Source: Marinifilum sp.
GTDB taxonomy: Bacteria > Bacteroidota > Bacteroidia > Bacteroidales > Marinifilaceae
Reading direction: 5' to 3'
DNA length: 64,000 bases
Assembly (NCBI RefSeq): GCF_965230805.1
Contig: NZ_OZ246019.1
Location: 4,581,941-4,645,940 of the forward strand
The translations under genes and the position numbers were made by a program. Below are positions 1 through 10,393 of this stretch, one piece after another. Positions within the stretch are counted from its first letter, which is position 1. Each line of letters starts with the position of its first letter. Below the pieces are notes generated by a model. The model did not search any database. It was not told the origin of the DNA and saw nothing but the letters and a program-made list of their open reading frames with translations.

Positions 1-1382
1 AACGGTATGAAGATCATCACAATGTGTACTATACCGAAGAAGCAATTGAAGCTTGTGTGAAGTTAACATCAAGGTATATCAGTGATCGATATCTTCCGGA
101 TAAAGCCATTGATGCATTGGACGAAGCCGGTTCTCGTGTTCATATCTCAAACATTCACGTTCCTGTGATTATTGAAGAACTGGAAAAGAAAATTGAAGAG
201 ACTCGCCAAAGTAAAATAAAGGCTGTAAAAGCTCAAAAGTTTGAATTGGCAGCAAGCTTTAGAGATAAGGAAAAGAATTTCTCTGAAGATCTTGACAAAG
301 AAAAAGACAAGTGGGAACAGGAAATAAGTCTTAAAAAAGAAAAAGTTTCCGAAGAAGATATCGCCGAGGTTGTGGCAATGATGACTGGAGTTCCTGTAAA
401 AAGAATTGCCCAAGCTGAAGGTTCTCGCCTGCTTAAAATGGATGACGAACTACAAGGAAAAGTAATTGGTCAGGACGATGCAATTGCTAAAATTGTAAAG
501 GCTATTCAGCGCAACAGAGCAGGACTAAAAGATCCTAATAAACCAATTGGAACATTTATATTCCTTGGTCCTACCGGAGTAGGTAAGACTCAATTGGCGA
601 AAGTTCTTTCCGAATATTTATTTGATAGTTCTGAGGCTTTGATTCGCATTGATATGAGTGAATACATGGAAAAATTTGCCGTATCAAGATTGGTTGGAGC
701 ACCTCCAGGATATGTTGGCTATGAGGAAGGCGGACAACTTACTGAGAAAGTGAGAAGAAAACCGTACTCGGTTGTTCTGTTGGATGAAATTGAAAAAGCT
801 CATCCTGACGTATTTAATATTCTTCTTCAATTGCTGGATGATGGACAGTTAACCGACAGTTTAGGGCGAAGAGTTGATTTCAAAAATTCTATTATTATCA
901 TGACTTCTAATATTGGTAGTCGCGAACTTAAAGATTTTGGAAAAGGAATTGGTTTCCAAACAGGCGGAAATGATTCTAATGATTATGCCAACAACATCAT
1001 CCAAAAGGCACTTAAGAGAGCTTTTGCTCCGGAATTCTTGAATAGAATTGATGATTTAATCATGTTTAATTCATTAACACAGAAAGATATTCATAAGATT
1101 ATTGATATCGAACTAAATGGGTTATACAAAAGAATCAACGATTTAGGTTATAACATCAAAATCTCGACTGCCGCAAAAGATTTTATTGCAGAAAAAGGAT
1201 ACGATGTTCAATTTGGTGCCAGACCATTAAAACGTGCTATTCAGAAATACCTTGAAGATGAAATGGCTGAAGTTATAATTAAAACAAGTATAATGGAAGG
1301 TGATACAATTTCGGTAGGTTTAGACAAATCGAAACAAAAAATCACTACAAAAATATTAAAAGCTCAAAAAGCAATTGAGTAA
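1..1382 (+). CDS. clpC: ClpC-type AAA+ chaperone ATPase, C-terminal ~455 aa (5' end lies outside the window)
   Basis: The frame stays open from base 3 (RYEDHHNVYYTEEA...), so the Met at 24 is internal. UVR-like linker KIEETRQSKIKAVKAQKFELAASFRDKEK. Second AAA+ module with Walker A GPTGVGKT, Walker B VVLLDEIEKA and sensor GARPLKR. Confidence 0.9.
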   Translation, partial: RYEDHHNVYYTEEAIEACVKLTSRYISDRYLPDKAIDALDEAGSRVHISNIHVPVIIEELEKKIEETRQSKIKAVKAQKFELAASFRDKEKNFSEDLDKEKDKWEQEISLKKEKVSEEDIAEVVAMMTGVPVKRIAQAEGSRLLKMDDELQGKVIGQDDAIAKIVKAIQRNRAGLKDPNKPIGTFIFLGPTGVGKTQLAKVLSEYLFDSSEALIRIDMSEYMEKFAVSRLVGAPPGYVGYEEGGQLTEKVRRKPYSVVLLDEIEKAHPDVFNILLQLLDDGQLTDSLGRRVDFKNSIIIMTSNIGSRELKDFGKGIGFQTGGNDSNDYANNIIQKALKRAFAPEFLNRIDDLIMFNSLTQKDIHKIIDIELNGLYKRINDLGYNIKISTAAKDFIAEKGYDVQFGARPLKRAIQKYLEDEMAEVIIKTSIMEGDTISVGLDKSKQKITTKILKAQKAIE

Positions 1383-1388
1383 ATTAAA

Positions 1389-1413
1389 ACCGGAGTTAAT
1401 CTCCGGTTTTTTT
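1389..1413 (+). terminator. Rho-independent terminator after clpC
   Basis: accggag-ttaat-ctccggt stem-loop followed by a T7 run, 7 nt after the stop codon. Confidence 0.8.
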
Positions 1414-1500
1414 GTGTCCTTTTCCCATATTTTTAATCTGTTTATTTAGAATAATTAAAAACAATTTCTATCTTTGATCGAAACAATAAATTACATAATT

Positions 1501-2016
1501 ATGCAAAAGAACAAAAACAAAGTTACATTCGCAGGAAATGCAATGACTTTAGTAGGAACTGAAATAAATACTGGCATGAAAGCAGATAACTTTACCGCTT
1601 TAGGACAAGATCTAGCTCCGGTTCAACTTTCCGATTTTGATGGAAAAGTAAAGGTTTTATCAATCTTCCCTTCTATCGATACTGGTGTTTGCTCTGCACA
1701 AACTCACAGATTTAACAAAGAAGCAGCTTCTTTAGATAAGAATATCCAGATCATTACATTATCAAATGACCTTCCTTTCGCTTTAGGCCGTTTCTGTGGT
1801 GCTGAGGGAATCGAAAATCTGATAACCTTATCAGATCACAAAGAGTGTGATTTCGGTTACAAATATGGTTTCGTTGTAGAAGAATTGCGTTTATTAGCTC
1901 GTGGTGTTGTTGTAATTGATAAAAACAACGAAGTAAAGCATGTTGAATATGTTGCAGAAATGACTGAAGAACCTAATTATGATACAGCACTGGAAGTTGC
2001 AAAATCATTGGTATAA
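1501..2016 (+). CDS. tpx: Thiol peroxidase (Tpx-type peroxiredoxin)
   Basis: FPSIDTGVCSAQ peroxidatic-Cys motif and LGRFCGAEG resolving-Cys region. ATG at 1501 (MQKNKNKVTFAG) is preferred over the TTG at 1474 used by the ORF track. Confidence 0.85.
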   Translation: MQKNKNKVTFAGNAMTLVGTEINTGMKADNFTALGQDLAPVQLSDFDGKVKVLSIFPSIDTGVCSAQTHRFNKEAASLDKNIQIITLSNDLPFALGRFCGAEGIENLITLSDHKECDFGYKYGFVVEELRLLARGVVVIDKNNEVKHVEYVAEMTEEPNYDTALEVAKSLV

Positions 2017-2124
2017 GTTAAAACAGTTGCAAAATTATAATGAAGCTCTTTCGGGAGCTTTTTTTGTGCGCTGATTGTTGAGAACCATACAGTAAACAAC
2101 TCCACAAGTTCCCTTTTTTTACAC

Positions 2125-2514
2125 TCACTTTTTAACCTTTTTAAAATCAACCTTTTTTAAATCTTTTTTTACCCTTACACTAGGGCGAAATGCCATTTTT
2201 ACACTTTTAATTTTTGACGCATTCACTTCTTCAATTTCATCTGATCCTTCGCCACTAACATGTAAGGAAAACGTTCCTAAATCACCTAATTCCACACTGC
2301 AATTATCTTTTAGAAAATAAGGAATTTCAGTTGTAAATGCCTCTAATACACCGATGACATCTATCGTGCTAAAGGAAGATGCCTGCGATATACTTTTGGC
2401 AATATCTTTTAAACCTTTCTTTTGTCTGCCAGCCACTCTAGGATAGTATTGCTCCTTTTTACCCTCTTTTTTTAAAGGCGAATTCATTTTTACCGCTTTA
2501 TACTTTATTGTCAT
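2125..2514 (-). CDS. HU-related (Bacteroidota HU_HIG-like) DNA-binding protein
   Basis: 129 aa. N-terminal basic segment, then KDIAKSISQASSFSTIDVIGVLEAF...VELGDLGTFSLHV, resembling the histone-like DNA-binding family common in Bacteroidota. Assigned from memory only. Confidence 0.55.
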   Translation of the reverse strand: MTIKYKAVKMNSPLKKEGKKEQYYPRVAGRQKKGLKDIAKSISQASSFSTIDVIGVLEAFTTEIPYFLKDNCSVELGDLGTFSLHVSGEGSDEIEEVNASKIKSVKMAFRPSVRVKKDLKKVDFKKVKK

Positions 2515-2684
2515 ATTCTAATACTTTAATTCTTTTCAATTAATAAGATTAATCGGTTTGAAACATTGTTAATTTAGTAATTTTTGATATATATCAAAAA
2601 TATAAATAACATATATTTAAAATACTTTTAATATATATTATCAACCACATTAATATATATTAAAATAGTATTTTTAAATAGAAA

Positions 2685-2716
2685 AAAATAAAACCACCTG
2701 TATTTCTGCAGATGGT
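2685..2716 (-). terminator. Rho-independent terminator after rimO
   Basis: On the minus strand: accatctg-N8-caggtggt stem (one G-U pair), then TTTATTTTTTT. Confidence 0.6.
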
Positions 2717-2746
2717 TTTTAGTATGAGAATATGTAATAACTAAGT

Positions 2747-4045
2747 TTACTTTACTATTCCGAACAGGTCATAATCTTCACAATCGGTAATCTGTACATT
2801 GTAAAATTCTCCAATTTGCAGGTTTCCGCTTTCTGCCTTAATTAATACTTCAGGATCTACTTCGTAGGAATCAAATTCGGTTCTTCCGTAAAAATAATCG
2901 CCTTCTTTTCTGTCGATGATAACTTTTAGAACCTGACCAAGTCGCTTTTTATTCGCCTGCATGCTTATATCTTGTTGGATTAGCATAATTTCCTCTTTTC
3001 TTCTCTCCTTTTCTTTTTCTGATATATTGTCACAGTAGTTAATTGCAGCATAGGTATCTTCTTCATTCGAATATGGAAACACCCCTAAGCGTTCAAATTT
3101 CATTTCCTGGACAAATTTTTTCAGATCTTCCATGTCTTCCTCTGTTTCACCCGGATGACCAACTAACATAGTGGTTCGAAGAGTTATTCCTGGCACTTCC
3201 TCACGTATCTTTTTGATAAGATCAACCGTTTTATCTCTATCTATGCCTCTTCGCATCAATTTTAACATGTTGTCACTCGAATGTTGAAGAGCTATATCGA
3301 GGTATCGGCAAACTTTGGGATTCTCGCGCATTAATTTCAATATCCCGTAAGGAAATTGTGTTGGGTATGCGTAATGCAATTTGATCCACAGCAGGTCTTC
3401 TATTTTAGATAGTTCATTTACCAGTTCGGCAAGTTTCGATTCGTTATACAAATCAATACCATAATAAGACAGATCTTGGGCAATGACCAAAAGTTCTTTT
3501 ACACCACCTTTTACCAGATTTCTGGCCTCTTCAACCACGTCTTCTATAGGACGAGAAATATGTTTCCCTGTAATTATTGGAATAGCACAATATGAACATG
3601 AACGATTACATCCTTCAGAAATTTTAAGATATGCAAAATGCTTTGGAGTCGTTACCATTCTCAAATTTTGAAAGTCTGGCATATAATCTTTATTCAACTC
3701 CTTTACCATTGATTTCCAATCGAATTTTCCAAAATACTTATCAACCTCGGGTATTTCTTCGCTCAGCTGTTCTCTGTATCGTTCTGATAGGCATCCCATA
3801 ACAAAAAGCTTGTCGATTCGGCCATCCTTTTTGGCTTCTACATATTGTAGAATGGTATCCACCGATTCCTCTTTGGCATCTCCAATAAATCCACAAGTAT
3901 TAATGATAATGATTTTGGCATCGCTATTTTCTTCTTCGCAAGTAACAGCAAACTGGTTTGCATCGAGTTGTTTCATTAACAGTTCGGTGTCGACCAGGTT
4001 TTTTGAACAACCTAAGCTTATGATATTGATTTTGTTTTGACTCAT
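2747..4045 (-). CDS. rimO: Ribosomal protein S12 methylthiotransferase RimO (radical SAM MTTase)
   Basis: N-terminal MTTase domain INIISLGCSKNLVDTE, radical-SAM CxxxCxxC (EGCNRSCSYCAIP) and a C-terminal TRAM-like domain. ATG at 4045 (MSQNKINII) is preferred over the upstream start at 4111. Confidence 0.8.
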   Translation of the reverse strand: MSQNKINIISLGCSKNLVDTELLMKQLDANQFAVTCEEENSDAKIIIINTCGFIGDAKEESVDTILQYVEAKKDGRIDKLFVMGCLSERYREQLSEEIPEVDKYFGKFDWKSMVKELNKDYMPDFQNLRMVTTPKHFAYLKISEGCNRSCSYCAIPIITGKHISRPIEDVVEEARNLVKGGVKELLVIAQDLSYYGIDLYNESKLAELVNELSKIEDLLWIKLHYAYPTQFPYGILKLMRENPKVCRYLDIALQHSSDNMLKLMRRGIDRDKTVDLIKKIREEVPGITLRTTMLVGHPGETEEDMEDLKKFVQEMKFERLGVFPYSNEEDTYAAINYCDNISEKEKERRKEEIMLIQQDISMQANKKRLGQVLKVIIDRKEGDYFYGRTEFDSYEVDPEVLIKAESGNLQIGEFYNVQITDCEDYDLFGIVK

Positions 4046-4177
4046 ACAAATCTTCTTATCTGAAATTAAATTTTGGCAAAAATAGGATATTTTACTCTTT
4101 TTTCCGCTCATGTGCTTTAAAAGAAATAGGCCACCATAAAATGGCAGCCTATTCGTATATTTTTACAATTGCAAGAA

Positions 4178-5128
4178 TCAATCAAACAAAGATGCAACAA
4201 ATTCATCTCTATTGAAGACTTGCAAATCTTCCATTCCTTCGCCAATCCCAATATATTTTACCGGAACTTTAAATTGATCGGAAACACCAATTACAACACC
4301 ACCTTTGGCCGTGCCATCAAGCTTGGTGATGGCCAAGGCATTAACCTCTGTAGCTTTAGTAAATTGTTTGGCCTGTTCGAATGCATTCTGACCTGTAGAT
4401 CCGTCGAGAACCAAAAGAATTTCATGCGGAGCTTCAGGAATTACGCGATCCATTACGCGCTTAATCTTACTTAGCTCATTCATTAAATTAATTTTGTTAT
4501 GCAATCTGCCTGCAGTATCAATAATTACAACATCAGAACCTTCTTCTTTTGCTTTTGTTAAAGTTTCGAATGCAACGGAAGCCGGATCGGCACCCATTCC
4601 CTGATTCACAACAGGCACTCCTACTCGTTCCGACCAGATAATCAATTGATCAACGGCTGCAGCACGAAAAGTATCGGCAGCACCAAGCATTACCTTTTTG
4701 CCCGAATTTTTAAACTGATGAGCCAATTTTCCAATTGTAGTAGTTTTACCAACGCCATTAACACCAACCACCATTATAACATAGGGATGATCAGATTTTG
4801 GAAGTTCATAAGCTTCGTAATTGCCTTTGTTGTTTTCTTCAAGCAAACCAGCAATTTCCTCTTTAAGAATACGATTCAATTCTGATGTTCCTAAGAATTT
4901 ATCCTGAGCAACTCTCTCTTCAATTCGTTCGATGATTTTTAATGTTGTATCTACACCCACATCAGAAGTTATCAATACTTCTTCCAACTCATCAAGTACA
5001 TCATCATCAACGGTAGATTTACCAACAACAGCCCTCGAAAGCTTTGTAAAAACACTCTCTTTTGTTTTGGCCAATCCTTTATTAAGATTTTCTTTTTTCG
5101 ATTTCGAAAAATTTCCAAATAATCCCAT
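4178..5128 (-). CDS. ftsY: Signal recognition particle receptor FtsY
   Basis: SRP-GTPase motifs GVNGVGKTTTIGKLA, DTAGRLH and TKLDGTAKGG. Confidence 0.95.
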   Translation of the reverse strand: MGLFGNFSKSKKENLNKGLAKTKESVFTKLSRAVVGKSTVDDDVLDELEEVLITSDVGVDTTLKIIERIEERVAQDKFLGTSELNRILKEEIAGLLEENNKGNYEAYELPKSDHPYVIMVVGVNGVGKTTTIGKLAHQFKNSGKKVMLGAADTFRAAAVDQLIIWSERVGVPVVNQGMGADPASVAFETLTKAKEEGSDVVIIDTAGRLHNKINLMNELSKIKRVMDRVIPEAPHEILLVLDGSTGQNAFEQAKQFTKATEVNALAITKLDGTAKGGVVIGVSDQFKVPVKYIGIGEGMEDLQVFNRDEFVASLFD

Positions 5129-5288
5129 TTTTTCTAAATTTTAAGATGCTAAAGTACAAAAAAAACACAATCCCAAGCAATTAACAATAAACGTTTTAAG
5201 CCAAAACAATAAAAGTTTCGGTTTAAAGCACAAAAAAAGCTTCTCGAAAAATCAAGAAGCTTTTATTATTCGGTATGATATGAATTTC

Positions 5289-5444
5289 TTATTTCTTTGC
5301 AAAGAAATCCTTAACGTTCTCGTTTGGAACAATCTCTTCTTTAAAAGAGTATGAACCAGTCTTAGGCGACTTTACCATTTTGATTACTTTTGCGTAACCA
5401 CGGCCTTCACCTTTTTGTAGGGATGCTACTACTTTCTTAGCCAT
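5289..5444 (-). CDS. DUF4295-family small protein
   Basis: Not in the ORF track because it is under 60 aa. My hand translation gives 51 aa: MAKKVVASLQKGEGRGYAKVIKMVKSPKTGSYSFKEEIVPNENVKDFFAKK. It lies 10 nt downstream of rpmG, the usual Bacteroidota arrangement. Confidence 0.7.
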   Translation of the reverse strand: MAKKVVASLQKGEGRGYAKVIKMVKSPKTGSYSFKEEIVPNENVKDFFAKK

Positions 5445-5453
5445 ATCTTAAAA

Positions 5454-5636
5454 TTATTTAATTTCTCTGTGAAGGGTTACTTTCTTCAAAATAGGATTAT
5501 ACTTCTTCAACTCCATACGATCAGGAGTATTCTTTTTATTTTTAGTGGTGATGTACCTTGAAGTTCCTGGCATACCGCTTTCTTTATGCTCAGTACACTC
5601 AAGAATTACTTGCACTCTATTACCTTTTTTAGCCAT
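5454..5636 (-). CDS. rpmG: 50S ribosomal protein L33
   Basis: 60 aa: [17 protein letters not shown]...[22 protein letters not shown]. Confidence 0.95.
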   Translation of the reverse strand: MAKKGNRVQVILECTEHKESGMPGTSRYITTKNKKNTPDRMELKKYNPILKKVTLHREIK

Positions 5637-5652
5637 TTTCTATGCCTCTTTT

Positions 5653-5895
5653 TTAATAATTTTTAATAAATCCTTTTTCTTGAGCTTTAGTAAGTGCACC
5701 TTTCACACCTAATTTATTAATTAGACGTACACCAGCAGCAGATACTTTCAATTCAATCCAACGATCTTCCTCAGGAAGATAAAACTTTTTAACGAAAAGA
5801 TTTGGATAGAATCTTCTTTTAGTTCTTCTCTTAGAGTGAGAAACATTATTTCCCACCATTACGCTCTTTCCAGTAATTTGACAAACTCTTGACAT
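5653..5895 (-). CDS. rpmB: 50S ribosomal protein L28
   Basis: [33 protein letters not shown], a typical L28 N-terminus. Confidence 0.95.
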   Translation of the reverse strand: MSRVCQITGKSVMVGNNVSHSKRRTKRRFYPNLFVKKFYLPEEDRWIELKVSAAGVRLINKLGVKGALTKAQEKGFIKNY

Positions 5896-6174
5896 AGTCC
5901 AGATTATTTTTTTCCTTAAACGCTTTTCAAACAGGTCGCAAAATACGCAATAATTTTCTTAAAAATCAAATTATCTTACAACTTTTTACAGATATATTTT
6001 AAATCAGCCCCAAACCTCCTCTAATCTGCAAAAACAATAAGTTTCTACGATTGGTGTAATTTTCGAATAACAAACAATAAATTCTTGAATTGTAAATTTG
6101 AAGCGTCGCACAAGCAAAAATAAAAAAATCCCTCCGTATTAGAAGGGATTTAAACAATTATCTCGATTAAATCT

Positions 6175-7083
6175 TTATTCTTCTTCCTCGTTCAAAGATT
6201 TAAATCCTTTACCAATAATTTCATTTGCCTCGGTTACATTTACAAATGCTTCGGGATCTACCGATTTAACATGTAGTTTTAAAATCTCAAGTTCCCTTCG
6301 GCTCATCACTGAGTAAACCATTTTTCTTTCTTCACCTGAGTAAGCCCCTGTTCCGCTAAATACAGTAGCACCACGTTTTAAATCATCTTTTATTTTAGAT
6401 ACGATAGATTCGTAATGCTCAGATACGATCATCACTGTTTTGTGATAATTTGCACCACTCACTACCATATCGATAATTTTACCTTCGATATAGATAATAA
6501 TTAATGAATAGATGGCGAACTCCCAGCCAATTGCACCTGTTTCGGTTGGCTGTACCAAAGTAAATAATACAATTAAACCATCAACAATCATTACCAACTT
6601 ACCCAATGATAATTTGGTATACTTGGCCAAGATCATTGCTACAATATCAGATCCTCCCGAAGTTGCACGTGATTTAAAGATAAATCCGATTGAAATTCCA
6701 TAAAACACACCAGCTACAATGGTATTCAGCATTGGATCCGCAATTACTTTTGCATAATCCGGAGAAATGTAGGTTTCCATAAACCAAACCGTTAGCAAAA
6801 TTGTTGCAATGCTTACGATGGTTTTAACGCCAAATCGGGGACCCAAAATTATAGTTCCAATAATTACCAATGGGATCTCCATAGCAAAAGTACAGTAACT
6901 AATTTTCCATCCAAACAGTGTGTTTAGTACGGTTGCAATACCATAAACTCCTCCTGGAGCCAATTTGTAAGGTACCACAAATAGGATGTCGGAAACAGCA
7001 AAAATAATACTACCTAAAATCAGGTAAGAGTATGCCGTTAACCATTCATTCGACAAGAACTTTTCTTTAGTAATAAAAGCCAT
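6175..7083 (-). CDS. YitT-family membrane protein (C-terminal DUF2179-like domain)
   Basis: Multiple TM helices followed by a soluble C-terminal domain (HKTVMIVSEH...GATVFSGTGAYSGEERKMVYSV). ATG at 7083 is preferred over the TTG at 7110. Confidence 0.7.
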   Translation of the reverse strand: MAFITKEKFLSNEWLTAYSYLILGSIIFAVSDILFVVPYKLAPGGVYGIATVLNTLFGWKISYCTFAMEIPLVIIGTIILGPRFGVKTIVSIATILLTVWFMETYISPDYAKVIADPMLNTIVAGVFYGISIGFIFKSRATSGGSDIVAMILAKYTKLSLGKLVMIVDGLIVLFTLVQPTETGAIGWEFAIYSLIIIYIEGKIIDMVVSGANYHKTVMIVSEHYESIVSKIKDDLKRGATVFSGTGAYSGEERKMVYSVMSRRELEILKLHVKSVDPEAFVNVTEANEIIGKGFKSLNEEEE

Positions 7084-7444
7084 TTTAATAGTGTTTGTTA
7101 AAGTGATCAAAATTCGCCGACAAAAATAGATTCGCCGATTTTATTTGCAAGCTTTTTGCTCATTTTTCTTACTTCTGCAAATCACTGATAAACAAGGCCA
7201 AAAGAAAGTTTGGCTTATTTTTTTTGACAAGTCTTCAAAAATCGATTAAAAAAGACGTCAATTTTTCACTTATGACATCTATTTTTATTGCATTACTCCT
7301 GATTTTAAAACCTTAACCCAAACTAAAAATAAGAATATAAAAGTGGTATTATGTATATAATGCAGTTTTAATAATTGTTACACTATCAATTTTTCCTTTA
7401 TTCGGGCGAATATCAAACAGGGAAACAGCACAGATAAAGATGTT

Positions 7445-10393
7445 TTAGGCTGAAACAATATCATCAATACTTATATTTGGCATTCGCTCCATTTTACTCA
7501 CTTCTATGCTAAGAAATCCATATGCATCCATTACTTTACCTTCTATAACATAACAGCCAGGTCCCCGAAAAGGATATTCTTTGGCTATTGGATAAAAATG
7601 GACAGTATCCAACCAATGTCCATCCAAATCTATCCATGTTCCGAAATACATAATCTTGCCATTACTAGCTTTTGTGGGTTTGCGATGAATTAAAAATCCA
7701 ACAATTCTAATATAGCGGCTGATTAAGCACGGTAAATGACAGGCTTTTAAATCAGACGGTAAATCATCTTTCACCAATTTAAAAGGAGATTGTACAGACA
7801 AACCAAGTATTTCTAACTCATCAAAAGCATCTTCGAGCTTATGTTTCCACAATTCAGGCAATTGAAATTCTTTCACTTCAGTCTGAAAAAGTGTTTTCTC
7901 CGGTTTGGTTTTCTTGGAATGACCTAACAAGAAATGTGCGTCCCACAAAAGCTCTTTTTTACCTTTGTCAGTAAACCGAAAGGATCCTATGCGGATTAGA
8001 ATAATTAGCTGTTCCAAACTAATTGGAAAACGTTTCACAAAATCGCGTAAGCTCTTAAAATTTCCATTTTGCTCTCGCTCTTTAATTAAATTTTTTCCTG
8101 TTGATCGTTCTAAATCTCTTAAAAGATAGAATCCCAGCCAAATTTTATCCTTTTTAATAGTATTTTCCCATGCACTTCGATTTACACAGGGAACTTCTAC
8201 TTTGGCTCCATGCATTACAGCTTCATGCAAATACAATTGAGCAGAATAAAATCCACCACCATTATTTAGTGTGGCTACCATATATTCCAAAGGATAATAT
8301 GCTTTTAAATAAAGTGCCTGAAAACTCTCTACCGCATAACTGGCAGAATGACCTTTGGCGAAAGCATAATTGGCAAAACTTTCTATTTGTCTCCAGATAT
8401 CACGAACTACAGCATCGGCATATCCCTTTGCTTGGCAATTGGAAAAAAACTTGTCTTTTACCTTCGCAAATTCATTTCTCTGCTTAAATTTCCAGGACAT
8501 TCCCCGGCGCAATACATCAGCTTCATCAAGTGTTAACTCAGCAAAATAATGAGCAACCTTAATTACATCTTCCTGATACACCATTACACCATATGTTTCT
8601 TCCAGGATATCATATAATTCAGGTAAATCTCGTTGGGCTTGCTCTCTCCTTTCCTTGTTCTGAAAACGAATAATATATTCTCGCATCATTCCGCTTTTGG
8701 CTACTCCCGGGCGAATAATAGAACTGGCAGCAACCAAGCGTTTGTAATCTTCTGCTTTAAGTTTAGTTAAGAGCATGCGCATAGCCGGAGATTCTACATA
8801 AAAACAACCAATTGCCTGTCCTTTTTTAAGCATTCGTTTTACACGAACATCTTCCATGAACAATTTGGTATCGTTAATATCAATATCAATTCCATGATTT
8901 TGCTTGATAATCTCTAAAGTATCTTTAATCTTTCCTAAACCACGTTGACTTAAAATATCGAATTTGTGTAAACCCAAGTCTTCAGAGATATACATATCGA
9001 ATTGGGTAGATGGAAAACCCTTTGGCAATAACTCTGTAGCCGAATAATTGCTAATTGGATCGTCAGAAATTAAAATTCCACTTGAATGAATACTATTATG
9101 ACTAGGAAAACCACTAATGTATTGACTGTAACGAATTACCCATTTGCCATACTCATCGGCTTGTGCTGGATTGGGATTTTTCTGCAAACGGCTGATCTCT
9201 TCATCGGGCAAACCAAATACTTTCCCAATTTCCCGAAAAGCCGATTTGTGATTGAAAGTGATAAAAGTTCCCAACAACACAACATGATCCCAACCATACT
9301 TATCAAACAGATAACGAGTAACATCATCCCTGTCAGTCCATGAAAAGTCGATATCAAAATCGGGAGGCGATGTTCGAAACGGGTTGATAAACCTCTCAAA
9401 GTAAAGGTCTAAGTCAACTGGGTCAACATTAGTGATTTTCAATAAATAAGCAACAAGACTATTGGCTCCACTTCCTCGTCCAACATGGTAATATCCTTTA
9501 CTTTGGGCATAACGAACCAAATCCCAATTGATCAGAAAATAGGAACAAAAACCAAGTTGCCTTATTACTTTCAGTTCTTTATTTAAGCGATCCAGAATCT
9601 CATCTGTTACATCATGATATCGATACCCTAAGCCATCACAAGCCAATTTCATTAACAGCTTGAAATCTTCTTCTTCCGATTCTGTAAAAAGCTTTTTGTT
9701 CTTGTTGGTTCCAAATTCAAAATCCATGCTGCAAGAAGCCAGAAGAACTTCTGTATTCTCAATAATTTGAGGATATTCTTTATACAATTCCAATAGTTCA
9801 GACTCATTTCTGTATTGATCTTCAAAACTGGCTTGATCCTCTTTCGCAAGCTTGCTTAGCAAAGTATTTCCATCTATTGCACGTAACAACCTATGAATAT
9901 TATAATCCTTTTTATTTCGAAAGCTTGCAGTTTGTAGTACAACTAACTTGTCCTGATGATTTTTCCACTCGGAAAAAGGCAAGTGGGGTAAATCCTGAGG
10001 CCTGACACCAATATATTCGTTTGATTTTAGCTCTCTATAATTATTTTGAAAAGGATAAATTACAAACGCCTCTTTTAATGTTGGTGCATCTGGTGCAAAC
10101 ACTTTACTTTGATGCAGGTTTCCTGTTAAAAATTCATTGATTTCTCGAAAACCATCTGCATTCTTTGCAAGTAACACATATTGCTGTTTAGCTCTATTTC
10201 TGATATCTACACCAACAATAGGACGTACATTAAAAGCTTTTGTCTGCCGTACAAAATCGAGACTTGCTGCTGTATTGTTAATATCAGTTAAGGCAATAGT
10301 AGTGTACCCTCCAGATTGAGTTTCTTTTAAAACTTCCTCTATTGAAAGAGCTCCGTATTTAAAACTATAGTATGAGTGACAATTCAATAACAT
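7445..10393 (-). CDS. dnaE2: Error-prone DNA polymerase III alpha-type subunit (DnaE2-like)
   Basis: PHP N-terminus (MLLNCHSYYSFKYGALS), pol III alpha core (GRGSGANSLVAYLLKITNVDP, PPDFDIDF). About 980 aa with no long C-terminal extension. Lies downstream of a Y-family polymerase. ATG at 10393; alternative TTG at 10399. Confidence 0.8.
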   Translation of the reverse strand: MLLNCHSYYSFKYGALSIEEVLKETQSGGYTTIALTDINNTAASLDFVRQTKAFNVRPIVGVDIRNRAKQQYVLLAKNADGFREINEFLTGNLHQSKVFAPDAPTLKEAFVIYPFQNNYRELKSNEYIGVRPQDLPHLPFSEWKNHQDKLVVLQTASFRNKKDYNIHRLLRAIDGNTLLSKLAKEDQASFEDQYRNESELLELYKEYPQIIENTEVLLASCSMDFEFGTNKNKKLFTESEEEDFKLLMKLACDGLGYRYHDVTDEILDRLNKELKVIRQLGFCSYFLINWDLVRYAQSKGYYHVGRGSGANSLVAYLLKITNVDPVDLDLYFERFINPFRTSPPDFDIDFSWTDRDDVTRYLFDKYGWDHVVLLGTFITFNHKSAFREIGKVFGLPDEEISRLQKNPNPAQADEYGKWVIRYSQYISGFPSHNSIHSSGILISDDPISNYSATELLPKGFPSTQFDMYISEDLGLHKFDILSQRGLGKIKDTLEIIKQNHGIDIDINDTKLFMEDVRVKRMLKKGQAIGCFYVESPAMRMLLTKLKAEDYKRLVAASSIIRPGVAKSGMMREYIIRFQNKERREQAQRDLPELYDILEETYGVMVYQEDVIKVAHYFAELTLDEADVLRRGMSWKFKQRNEFAKVKDKFFSNCQAKGYADAVVRDIWRQIESFANYAFAKGHSASYAVESFQALYLKAYYPLEYMVATLNNGGGFYSAQLYLHEAVMHGAKVEVPCVNRSAWENTIKKDKIWLGFYLLRDLERSTGKNLIKEREQNGNFKSLRDFVKRFPISLEQLIILIRIGSFRFTDKGKKELLWDAHFLLGHSKKTKPEKTLFQTEVKEFQLPELWKHKLEDAFDELEILGLSVQSPFKLVKDDLPSDLKACHLPCLISRYIRIVGFLIHRKPTKASNGKIMYFGTWIDLDGHWLDTVHFYPIAKEYPFRGPGCYVIEGKVMDAYGFLSIEVSKMERMPNISIDDIVSA

